A stretch of 64,000 nt of DNA from an uncultured delta proteobacterium (lineage in GTDB: Bacteria > Myxococcota_A > Polyangia > Fen-1088), in assembly GCA_963755125.1 (NCBI GenBank), contig CAVWIP010000010.1:128001-192000 (forward strand), read 5' to 3'. A program made the position numbers and the translations under genes. This document shows positions 44,327 to 52,244 of the stretch, piece after piece. Below the pieces are notes generated by a model. It ran no database searches, was not told the DNA's origin, and was given only the letters and a program-made list of their open reading frames with translations. Each line of letters starts with the position of its first letter. Within the stretch, counting starts at the first letter, position 1.

Positions 44327-45704
44327 CAAATGCCTCCCGTTCAACGTCTTCCTTGAAAATCGCGCGCCCCACCTCGCCGCGCAGGCGTCGCACTTCGCGG
44401 ATGCCCATGGCGCCCAACACTTCCAGAAGCTGCGAATGCCAAGCTGCCATGAGATTCACCATGCGCTGGACCGCGTAGCCGGTTTCCAGCGTCGGGACGG
44501 CGGCCGGACAATGATCCTGGTGATCGGCGCCCTGCACCCCGCGACACACGCGGCAACCGAGTGACACCAGCAGGGCGGTGTCCACGGCCACCAGATCGGC
44601 GCCGCAGATGATGGCCTTGGCCATGTGCTCGGGCAGGGCGATACCGCCGGCAACGATCAGCGTGATCTCGTCGCGCACACCGGCCTTGACCAGGCGGCCG
44701 TGGACCTCGCGCATGACGTCTTTGATGTGCCGTGGGCTTCCAACCCCCACTTCGCAGCCGTGCAAGTCGCCGCACAAGTGGAAAACCCTCACGCCCGCCT
44801 GGCTGAGTTGCAGGATGCGTTCTACCGCCGCGCCCTGCAGGGGCAGGCGAACCGCGACGACCAGCTTGGGATTGGCCGCCTTGGCCTTGGCAGCCAGGGC
44901 CGCCACCTCTGCTCCATCCACGAACTCGACCATCCGCACCTGCGGCAGCAGCGTCTGCACACTGCCGAGTCCCTCGCTGCCAACCAGCGGAACCAGGAAC
45001 GGCAACTCGGCAGCCGGCGCTCCGGCCACCTCGGTGGCGCGAGCCACGGCCAGGGTCTTCAGCTTCGCCGCCGTGGTCAGACGGGCCCGCGCGAACTCCT
45101 GGCCGCCCACTTGCCAGGCGGGAACGTCCAGGATGAGCGGGAGAGGCAGGTCAATCAGATTAGCCGGATCGCCCGACAGCTTGCCATCACTAGAAAATGA
45201 GAGCCGCATCGGCTTGGGCCCGATGTCCACGCTGGTGCTGATGTATTCGCGACCGTGGATCCCGTCGCGGGTGGGGCGAACGATCTCGGACATGTCGGTC
45301 CAGATCGAATCGAAGCCGAAACCATGGAAGCGGCCCCGGTAGCCGGCGCCCGAAACCGGAACCCGGCCCGTGTCAGACTGGTTCCAGGTGGTGGCCATGA
45401 TGTCGGGCTTCCAGTAGTCGTCGCCCATGGCCAGGTACTCGGGGTTGATCGAGATGGCCAGGATGCCCTTGGTGCAGCCCTGCACGCAGGAGAAGCACGC
45501 GCGGCACTCGTTGAGCGGAACGATCGAGGTCTGCGGGTCGCGGTTGTAGGCCGCTTCCTTGCGATAAGTGTCGAACACGCAGCGGGGCTTCACGCAGTTG
45601 CTGCAGCGGGCGCAATCCTCGCGCCAGTCCACGCTGCCGTACTTGCCGACGTGGCGGAAGCGCCCTGGCGTCGGCACTGGCTTGATATGGTACTTCTCAG
45701 ACAT
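44307..45704 (-). CDS. Second, degenerate glutamate synthase FMN-domain paralogue with Fe-S N-terminus
   Basis: CARCSNCVKPRC, CRACFSCVQGC; GFDSIW, GVRDEITLIVAGGI, KAIICGAD, LGAMGIREVRRLRGE; lacks QGAKPG and TGEGG. Confidence 0.8.
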   Translation of the reverse strand: MSEKYHIKPVPTPGRFRHVGKYGSVDWREDCARCSNCVKPRCVFDTYRKEAAYNRDPQTSIVPLNECRACFSCVQGCTKGILAISINPEYLAMGDDYWKPDIMATTWNQSDTGRVPVSGAGYRGRFHGFGFDSIWTDMSEIVRPTRDGIHGREYISTSVDIGPKPMRLSFSSDGKLSGDPANLIDLPLPLILDVPAWQVGGQEFARARLTTAAKLKTLAVARATEVAGAPAAELPFLVPLVGSEGLGSVQTLLPQVRMVEFVDGAEVAALAAKAKAANPKLVVAVRLPLQGAAVERILQLSQAGVRVFHLCGDLHGCEVGVGSPRHIKDVMREVHGRLVKAGVRDEITLIVAGGIALPEHMAKAIICGADLVAVDTALLVSLGCRVCRGVQGADHQDHCPAAVPTLETGYAVQRMVNLMAAWHSQLLEVLGAMGIREVRRLRGEVGRAIFKEDVEREAFGDLLSR

Positions 45705-45712
45705 CGCGCGCC

Positions 45713-46597
45713 CTACGCCAGACGGGCTTCTTTGATCACCGACGCGGCCAGCGGTTCACAGCCCGCGCTGTGGATGTGGATGCCGCGCACCCCGGACATA
45801 GACTTGACCTTGCCCGCGATCTCGGCCGCGATGGCCACGCCGGCCTGGGCCGCATCGCCGCTGCGCAGCCGCTTGATGATGTCGTCGCTGATGGCGCTGC
45901 CCCGCCCGGTGCGCAGCTCTTCGGCCTGCGCCACGCTGGTCAGCGGCAACACGCTGGCAATGATGGCGACCTGCTTGTCCAGGCCCGCAGCCCGCACAGC
46001 CTTGAGCCATTCTTCGAAGCCGGCCAGGTCGAAGATCGGGTCGGTGAGTAGGATCTTTGCGCCCGCCGCGATCTTCTTCCTCGTCTGCGCCAGGGCCAAT
46101 TCGATGGGCCGGAGGTACGGGTGGGCGGCTGCGGCCACGGTCAACGCCGGCGCTGCGGGAAGCTTGCTCCCACTGAAATCGGTTCCCGTGCTCGCCATCT
46201 TGGCCAGGGCCTGGGTCAACTGCACGGCATCCATGTCGTAGGCGCCTGCCGCCTGGGGAAATCCGCCCAGCGCCTGGTGCGCGCCCGACATGCAGAAAAA
46301 CGTCTTCACGCCGAGAGCGAAGGCGCCCATCACATCGGATTCCAGTGCCACGCGGTTGCGGTCGCGCGTGCACAGGCTCAGCACCGGCTCGACCTTCTCC
46401 GCGGCCAGCAGCGCCGCGCAGGCCAAGGCCGAGCCGTGCGCTTGCTCCGCGTGGTCGCCCACGATCACGCCGTCGAGCGACGCCGGGAAACACGCCGCTA
46501 GCTTCTTCACCGCGGCTGGATCGGTTGCATGCGGAGGAATACAGGCGGCGGTCACGACCGATTTCCCGCTGCCCAGTTTCTCGGACAACTTACTCAT
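45713..46597 (-). CDS. MetF-like (methylenetetrahydrofolate reductase fold) protein with substituted catalytic residues
   Basis: CTRDRNRVALESD, KKIAAGA, GIHI; E and D catalytic positions read A. Confidence 0.82.
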   Translation of the reverse strand: MSKLSEKLGSGKSVVTAACIPPHATDPAAVKKLAACFPASLDGVIVGDHAEQAHGSALACAALLAAEKVEPVLSLCTRDRNRVALESDVMGAFALGVKTFFCMSGAHQALGGFPQAAGAYDMDAVQLTQALAKMASTGTDFSGSKLPAAPALTVAAAAHPYLRPIELALAQTRKKIAAGAKILLTDPIFDLAGFEEWLKAVRAAGLDKQVAIIASVLPLTSVAQAEELRTGRGSAISDDIIKRLRSGDAAQAGVAIAAEIAGKVKSMSGVRGIHIHSAGCEPLAASVIKEARLA

Positions 46598-47177
46598 CGC
46601 TATCATCTTCATTTTCCAGTTCGTACGGGACATCGTCCGACAGGCCCGTTGCGCGCAACGGGGTCGGTGCCAGGGAAGCCACAGCAGCGACAACTTGATC
46701 GCGTATCGCCGCCACCTTCTGTTTAAGCGTTGGATCGAGGCTGGCCGGGGCCGACGCCCCGGCGCCCAGGGCCATGTCCTGCACCGCCGAGCCGGGCAGG
46801 TGGAACAACATCAAGCGGCCTTTACCGAGCCCGACCTCTTCCAGCATCGAGGAAACCGCGTCGATCCGCCGACGGCAACGCTTGTTCCCCTCGTGATGGT
46901 GGCAATTGCCTTCTTCACAGCACACCACGCCGACTGCATCCGCGCCGCCTTCAAAGGCCTTGAGCAAGTGTTCAGGTTGCAACCGGCCCGCGCAAGGCAC
47001 CACCACTTCTTGCACCGGGAACGGCCAGCCGAAGTCCGGCGTCTCGGGCGGGAATCGCTTGCCCGAAGTGGGCACGCGGCCCGCGCGGGCACTGTTCTCG
47101 CAGACGAAGATCACCTTCAAGGAAGGAGCGGCCACGGCCGGACGCACGCCCGGCTGCACTGTCGCCATTTCAGCCAC
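46590..47177 (-). CDS. Divergent MvhD-like [2Fe-2S] subunit
   Basis: FVCENS, VPCAGRL, AFEGGADAV, CCEEGNCHHHEGN; GTG start after GGAGG. Confidence 0.8.
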   Translation of the reverse strand: MAEMATVQPGVRPAVAAPSLKVIFVCENSARAGRVPTSGKRFPPETPDFGWPFPVQEVVVPCAGRLQPEHLLKAFEGGADAVGVVCCEEGNCHHHEGNKRCRRRIDAVSSMLEEVGLGKGRLMLFHLPGSAVQDMALGAGASAPASLDPTLKQKVAAIRDQVVAAVASLAPTPLRATGLSDDVPYELENEDDSDE

Positions 47178-47587
47178 GAATCTTACCTCCTGATCCCGTC
47201 CATTCATGCGAGAACACACCGTGAGGCACCGAACCGGTGACAGTCGGCGCGACCATTCGCCGGTCTGGTCCACAGGTCGTCGTGCCTGGCCAATTCGAGT
47301 GTGTCTTCATCTCAGCCGTGCCGTTGCGAGTGACGGGGAAAGTAGACGAAACCGGCATCGCGTGTCCACACAGTCTGAGAGCCTGCTCGACTTTTTCGAG
47401 TGACTTCGACAGTGCTACCCTGGTGTAGTGACAAGATTTACTGGCGATTCACTTTCAAGTTACTCAACAGAAACAATTGCAACTCAAGCAGCGCAGTCGC
47501 GCGGTTTGACGCAATCTGAGTTTACGTGCCAGAAACAGTGCAGCCACACAACAGACATTCGTCTTGCTTGTGGCCGCGAAACCACAA

Positions 47588-48112
47588 CTAGCGACGGCCC
47601 CGGACGCGAATGGTCTGAGCGAGGGCGCGGAGACGATTGGCCTCGGCGGGCACGGCCTTCTCGGCGCGCTCAACCGCCTGCAGCGCCTCATCAGGCCGAC
47701 CCGCTTCCAGCAACGCCACGGCCAGATCCCAGTACGAATCCACCCATCCCGGCGCAAGCGCGATGGCGCGTTCAAGGCTTTGCACGCCCTCGTCCACCCG
47801 GCCCTGTCGCGCCAGCGCCAGGCCGAGCCCCTTGCAGGCATACGCGTGGTCGGGCTTGACCGCGAGTGCGCGACGGCAATACGTCTCGGTGGCGAGGTAG
47901 TCGCCGAGGAAGAAGCACACGAAGCCAGCAAGGTCGAGCAAGGTCAGGTTGTCGGGCGCCAGGGCCAGCCCCTGCTTGATCTTTTCCCGCGCGTCGCCCA
48001 GCAGATGCTGGTTGATGGCGGCGCGAGCCTGCTCGATGATGGTGTCGACCGCCGGAGGAGGCGAGGCAGCAACCGTCTGAACTCCTCCGCCCGCGGGCAC
48101 GTCGCCGCTCAC
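47588..48112 (-). CDS. Tetratricopeptide-repeat protein
   Basis: About four TPRs (ALAPDN, AVKPDHAYACKGLG, ALAPGWVDSYWDLA); GTGA coupling to rSAM gene. Confidence 0.88.
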   Translation of the reverse strand: MSGDVPAGGGVQTVAASPPPAVDTIIEQARAAINQHLLGDAREKIKQGLALAPDNLTLLDLAGFVCFFLGDYLATETYCRRALAVKPDHAYACKGLGLALARQGRVDEGVQSLERAIALAPGWVDSYWDLAVALLEAGRPDEALQAVERAEKAVPAEANRLRALAQTIRVRGRR

Positions 48113-49275
48113 GGCTGCCCCCCGGCCGCCAAGGCGACGCCGGGCGCGTGCCCATCGAAGTAGCGCATCTCATCGTCGGTCGGCTCCTCGGCGAGCAGAT
48201 CGAAGCGCCGGTGCTTGACCGCCTGGTAATAGAAACAGTGCTCGTTCCCGATTCCGCCCTGAGCGTAGGTGGCCCAGGAGCACCCGCCGCGGCACACATC
48301 GCGAAAGCGGCAGACGTGGCAGAACCCGCCGAGTTGGTCCTCCTTGAAGAGCCGGTTGTAGGCGAAGGCGTCCGCGCGGAGCCAGATGTCGCGCAGACTC
48401 TTCTGCCGCACGTTGCCCTCGACGAAACGGGCTTCGCCGTGCATCGACGAGGGCAACGAGAGGCACCCCTTCACGTTTCCCCCGCTCTCGATACCGATCA
48501 CCTGACAGCCGGCGCGGCAGCCCAGCCAGAAAGGCAGCGTCATGTCCGCATCGCGCAGATCCGGCTCCGGCTTGCCAAAGTAGCCGATGTCGTCGCTGGG
48601 ATAGACCTTGAATTCAGGGCTGTTGATCCGACACAGCTCCGCGATCTGCGGCACCAGCCACAACAGATCCTCCGGCGGAGAAACCAGATTCCGGTGCTCG
48701 CCCATGTTCCCGGTGGCGGTGGCGAACTGCAGTTGCCAGGCGAACGCCCGGTGATCCATCAGGAACTGCCGCAGCGACTTGAGCTGGCCCTGATTGAGTC
48801 GGTTGATGGTGGTGTTGATCGCCACCGGCAGGCCGGCCGCCACGCTGATGTCGATGGCGCGAACCACCTTCACGAACGAGCCGGAGGCCCGGAATTCGTC
48901 GTGCTCCTTCTCGAAGCCGTCGATGCTGAAGGCCACGCCGCACAGACCGGCTTTCTGCGCCTGCTCGATGTGTTTGGCCGACCAGGTGAGGCCGTTCGAG
49001 ATCAGGTTGACCCGCGCGCCCAGCTCGACCAGCCGCTTGCCCACCTCGTGCCAGCCCGGATACATCGTGGGCTCGCCGCCGCTGAGGGTGATGCGCCGGC
49101 ACCCGAGCGCCACCAGTTCATCGGCCACGCGCAGGCACTCGTCGAGCGACAGCTCGTCGCCACGCTTGCTGCCGGCTATGGAACCGCAGTGCTTGCAACG
49201 CAGGTTGCACGCCAGGGTCAGCTCCCACACGCAAGCGCGCGGGAAAAACCCGACTCGCCGCAGGACTTCAATCAC
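48109..49275 (-). CDS. Radical SAM/SPASM-domain maturase
   Basis: VWELTLACNLRCKHCGS (CxxxCxxC), SGGEP, SNG, FSIDG; SPASM CRAG...GC...CHVC...CRGGC...C. Confidence 0.95.
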   Translation of the reverse strand: MIEVLRRVGFFPRACVWELTLACNLRCKHCGSIAGSKRGDELSLDECLRVADELVALGCRRITLSGGEPTMYPGWHEVGKRLVELGARVNLISNGLTWSAKHIEQAQKAGLCGVAFSIDGFEKEHDEFRASGSFVKVVRAIDISVAAGLPVAINTTINRLNQGQLKSLRQFLMDHRAFAWQLQFATATGNMGEHRNLVSPPEDLLWLVPQIAELCRINSPEFKVYPSDDIGYFGKPEPDLRDADMTLPFWLGCRAGCQVIGIESGGNVKGCLSLPSSMHGEARFVEGNVRQKSLRDIWLRADAFAYNRLFKEDQLGGFCHVCRFRDVCRGGCSWATYAQGGIGNEHCFYYQAVKHRRFDLLAEEPTDDEMRYFDGHAPGVALAAGGQP

Positions 49276-49292
49276 GAGGGAATTGTACCCGA

Positions 49293-50137
49293 CTAGTTCT
49301 TGGTCGGCACGGGCGCAGCGTACAGCGCCACCACCCCGCCGCCCGCGTCGCGAGGCGGTTCCACGGGCATCACGGCCATGTAGTCCGGCTGAGCAACACC
49401 CGCTTCCGGCGGCATCACCGCCTGGTACCTCATGACGGGTCCCCCGTCGGGCATCATTGCCATATACATGGCCACCGCACCGCCGGCACCTCCGGCGTCC
49501 ACCGGCATGGGTGTGCCGTACTTCGTCGCTCCCGTAGTCACGCCGCCAGCCCCTGTGGCACCGCCTGTCCCCGTTGCTCCGCCCGTCCCCGTCGCTCCGC
49601 CCGCATACGGATAGGTCCCCGGAAAGCTCCCCATGTAGGCGGTAGTTCCGCCCGTCCCCATCACTCCGCCCATGCCGCCCATCCCTCCGCCTGCATCTGG
49701 CATCGGTGTGGCGTACTTCCCTCCTGTCGGAACCGGGCCGCTCGTCGCTGTGGCACCGCCGGTCCCAGTTGTTCCGCCCCCCCTGTCACGCCGCCCGTCC
49801 CCGCGTCCGGCATGGCCGCCATATACATTGGAACAGCCGTCATTCCGCCCGTCGCCGTCGCTCCACCCGCGCCTGTCGTTACACTCACGCCCGTGGTTCC
49901 GCCCGTCATGGGTGCCGAATAGACGGCCACCACGCCAGAGGAGAATGTTCCGCTGGAACCACCGGTGCCAGGCTGCACGGATGAAGAGTCTGCCGAGCCA
50001 TCTGGACTGAGGTTCAGCGAGCTATCGCTGCACCCCACCAGCGCGAGCCCGATCCCCATCGAAGCAGGCACCACGACATAACGGACTGTGTCCCTGAGGA
50101 AGATGTGGATGCGCTCTCGGATGTCTTTCTCTTTCAT
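49293..50137 (-). CDS. Lipoprotein with about nine Tyr-x-x-x-(Met)-Pro repeats, putative rSAM substrate; frameshifted at G7 run (49777-49783)
   Basis: ORFs 49661-50137 and 49293-49703 join into a 281-aa protein if one G is added; lipobox LALVGC; RBS AAGGAG. Confidence 0.85.
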
Positions 50138-50173
50138 GGTCGGCTCCTTGCGTCTTGCAAAACACCTTGCACT

Positions 50174-50189
50174 AGCAATTGACTGGCCA
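50174..50189 (-). promoter_or_regulatory. Sigma54 -24/-12 motif (proximal)
   Basis: Minus strand TGGCCAGTCAATTGCT, GG-N10-GC spacing. Confidence 0.6.
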
Positions 50190-50211
50190 CGGCTGTCCCC
50201 CTCCCATCATC

Positions 50212-50227
50212 AGCAAGTGTCATGCCA
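50212..50227 (-). promoter_or_regulatory. Sigma54 -24/-12 motif (distal)
   Basis: Minus strand TGGCATGACACTTGCT, close to TGGCACG-N4-TTGCW. Confidence 0.75.
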
Positions 50228-50375
50228 CCGGCTTGCGGCCTTCACGGTACGGCTAACTCCTTATAATAGCATGTGGGCCAGTGCTGCCGCGGGTACTTTC
50301 CATGAACGGAATGGCAGTACCGTCTCAGATTTCTGAGGCTACGGCCGGAAGCTGAGTAGCGCGGCAACGCAATCG

Positions 50376-50604
50376 GATCGCCGGAACTCTTTCAGGGTTC
50401 CGGCGATCGCGTTGGCGAAGGCGGGCTTTGCCCGCCGGAGCCAGAGCGCCCCCTTCGGGGGCTAGGGCCTACACGCCCCACCCCTGTCCCACGCGCGCTT
50501 CGCGCGCGCCCGTCGCGGGAGGGCTTGGCGAGGCCGAGCGAAGCGAGCGGGGAGGAAGCGGCGGGTGGGGGGCCGAAGGGCGGAGCGAACCCTTTCAGGG
50601 TTCC
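50376..50604. repeat. Intergenic palindromic repeat element (REP/MITE-like)
   Basis: GAAC(T/C)CTTTCAGGGTTCC at both ends; 33-nt hairpin 50376-50408; internal GGCGGGC-TTT-GCCCGCC and CCCCC-TTC-GGGGG hairpins. Confidence 0.6.
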
Positions 50605-50609
50605 CATTA

Positions 50610-51407
50610 TTACGAGCTCGCCGACGTGTACGCGTGCAGGGCCCGTTTCCACACAAAGCGCGCGATCGATGCGAAGGCGAGCCCGCCTGTCCCGGCCAGC
50701 AGCGCGTGCGCCAGAGTGAGCTTGCCGAGCAGGGCCTGGGCCGGATAGGTGGTCATCAGCGCCAGCGGAAAAACCACGGTGAAGATCAGGCGCAGTGCCC
50801 CCTTGAACACGTCGATGGGCCAGCGGCCGGCGTCGAAGATGGAAATGAACAGATAGGAAAGATTGTCGACCTTGACCACCCGGAACGAAACGCTGACCAC
50901 CAGAATCCACAGCGAGTAGAGAAGGATCAGGGCCACGCCAAAGAGCGCGAGGCCGACCATCAAGTCGCCGACGCCAGGCGCGCGGCCCAGACGATGGAAG
51001 GCATAGACGAGGACGGCTATGCCGCCGAGAAAGTCGAGGATACGCCATGGTTCGAAGCGCGCGGTGGACACCAAGAACTGCGCGTCGGCCGGCTTCAACA
51101 AGACGAAGTCTAGCGTCCCCTTGCGCACCCCCTCCACGACGAAGTTGAGGCTTGGGGTCACGCCTCCGTCGAGCACAGCCTTGAGCACGGAGAACCAGCC
51201 CACCACCACCAAGGCCTCGGGGAAGCTCCAGCCCGCCACCGACTCGCGGCGCGAATAGACCACCAGCAGGGGAATCAGCGTGATGGCCAGCCAGAACAGG
51301 GCCAACGCGCCCTCGAGAAGAAAATCGAAGCGGTACTGGACCGCCAAGGTCAACGACGTCCGCATCTGCACGGCAAGCAGGCGAGCATAGTGGCGCAGCA
51401 AACGCAT
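50610..51407 (-). CDS. ABC-2 family transporter permease
   Basis: QYRFDF, GWSFPEAL, VRKGTLDFVLLKP, TTYPAQAL, AYTSASS. Confidence 0.92.
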   Translation of the reverse strand: MRLLRHYARLLAVQMRTSLTLAVQYRFDFLLEGALALFWLAITLIPLLVVYSRRESVAGWSFPEALVVVGWFSVLKAVLDGGVTPSLNFVVEGVRKGTLDFVLLKPADAQFLVSTARFEPWRILDFLGGIAVLVYAFHRLGRAPGVGDLMVGLALFGVALILLYSLWILVVSVSFRVVKVDNLSYLFISIFDAGRWPIDVFKGALRLIFTVVFPLALMTTYPAQALLGKLTLAHALLAGTGGLAFASIARFVWKRALHAYTSASS

Positions 51408-51410
51408 GCA

Positions 51411-52244
51411 CTAGCCTCCGAAGGCGGCGAAGCGCCTCAAGGCCGCCCGCCACAGCGCCAGGGCGGCGACCAGCGAGCCCGCGATGAACAGCGCCTGCAC
51501 GCCCAGCTCGTGCAGCGCACTGGACGTGCTCTCCAGGCCAATCAATGTCTCGACCGGGAAGCCCAGGATGTAGCGGAAAGGCAGATAGCGCGCGGCCTGC
51601 GCCACCCAGGGCGGCAGCAGTTCCAGAGGCACCAGATAGCCGGACAGCACCGCCTGCGCGCCCAGCCAAACATCGAAGATCGAGAGCGCACTTTCGACGA
51701 ACGCTGCCAGGGTGCCGATGATGGCCATGATGAGAAACAGGAGCATCCAGGCCCCGGCGATCGCCGTGAGCGCGATGGCCATGCGCTCCGGCTCGTGCAG
51801 GGGCAGGCGCTCGCCCGCGGCCCAATAGAGAATGAACAGCAAAGGCGAAACCAGGACCGCGCGCATGGGCACGGCCGCTAGTTGCATCGCACTGTGCGCC
51901 CACAGCGGATGGATAGGTCGCAGCAGGCGCGGCGCCAGCGTGCCCTGCCGGATCTCCATGGTCAATTCCCACACCAGCCACGAGCCGGTGAGGATGCGCA
52001 CCAGCAGCATGCCCAGGTAATAGGCCACGAACTCGCGCTGGCCGAAGCGACCCACCGGCCCGGTCGCGGCCACCGCTGTCCACAGAGCCATCATCACCAG
52101 AGGCATGTTCATGGTCAGCAGCCAGACCACCAGTTCGGCGCGGTAGGCGAACATGTCGGCAAAGCCCACGCGCAGAAGTGCCGGATACGCGCGCAGCACG
52201 TGCCGCGCGGCCCTCAACCCTTCCCCGCCGAAACGCCGACTCAC
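51411..52244 (-). CDS. ABC-2 family transporter permease
   Basis: AYRAE, EIRQGTL..RLLRP, LSGYLVPLELLP, LPFRY, FAAFGG; GTG overlap with ATPase stop. Confidence 0.9.
   Translation of the reverse strand: MSRRFGGEGLRAARHVLRAYPALLRVGFADMFAYRAELVVWLLTMNMPLVMMALWTAVAATGPVGRFGQREFVAYYLGMLLVRILTGSWLVWELTMEIRQGTLAPRLLRPIHPLWAHSAMQLAAVPMRAVLVSPLLFILYWAAGERLPLHEPERMAIALTAIAGAWMLLFLIMAIIGTLAAFVESALSIFDVWLGAQAVLSGYLVPLELLPPWVAQAARYLPFRYILGFPVETLIGLESTSSALHELGVQALFIAGSLVAALALWRAALRRFAAFGG

Noticed and set aside
47511..47531. Possible sigma54 promoter for the hdr/glt operon (minus strand TGGCACG)
   Set aside because: The -12 GC is absent at the required spacing
47190..47580. Riboswitch (SAM, THF, glutamine) in the long leader of the hdr/glt operon
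   Set aside because: No recognisable aptamer consensus by eye; an Rfam scan would be needed
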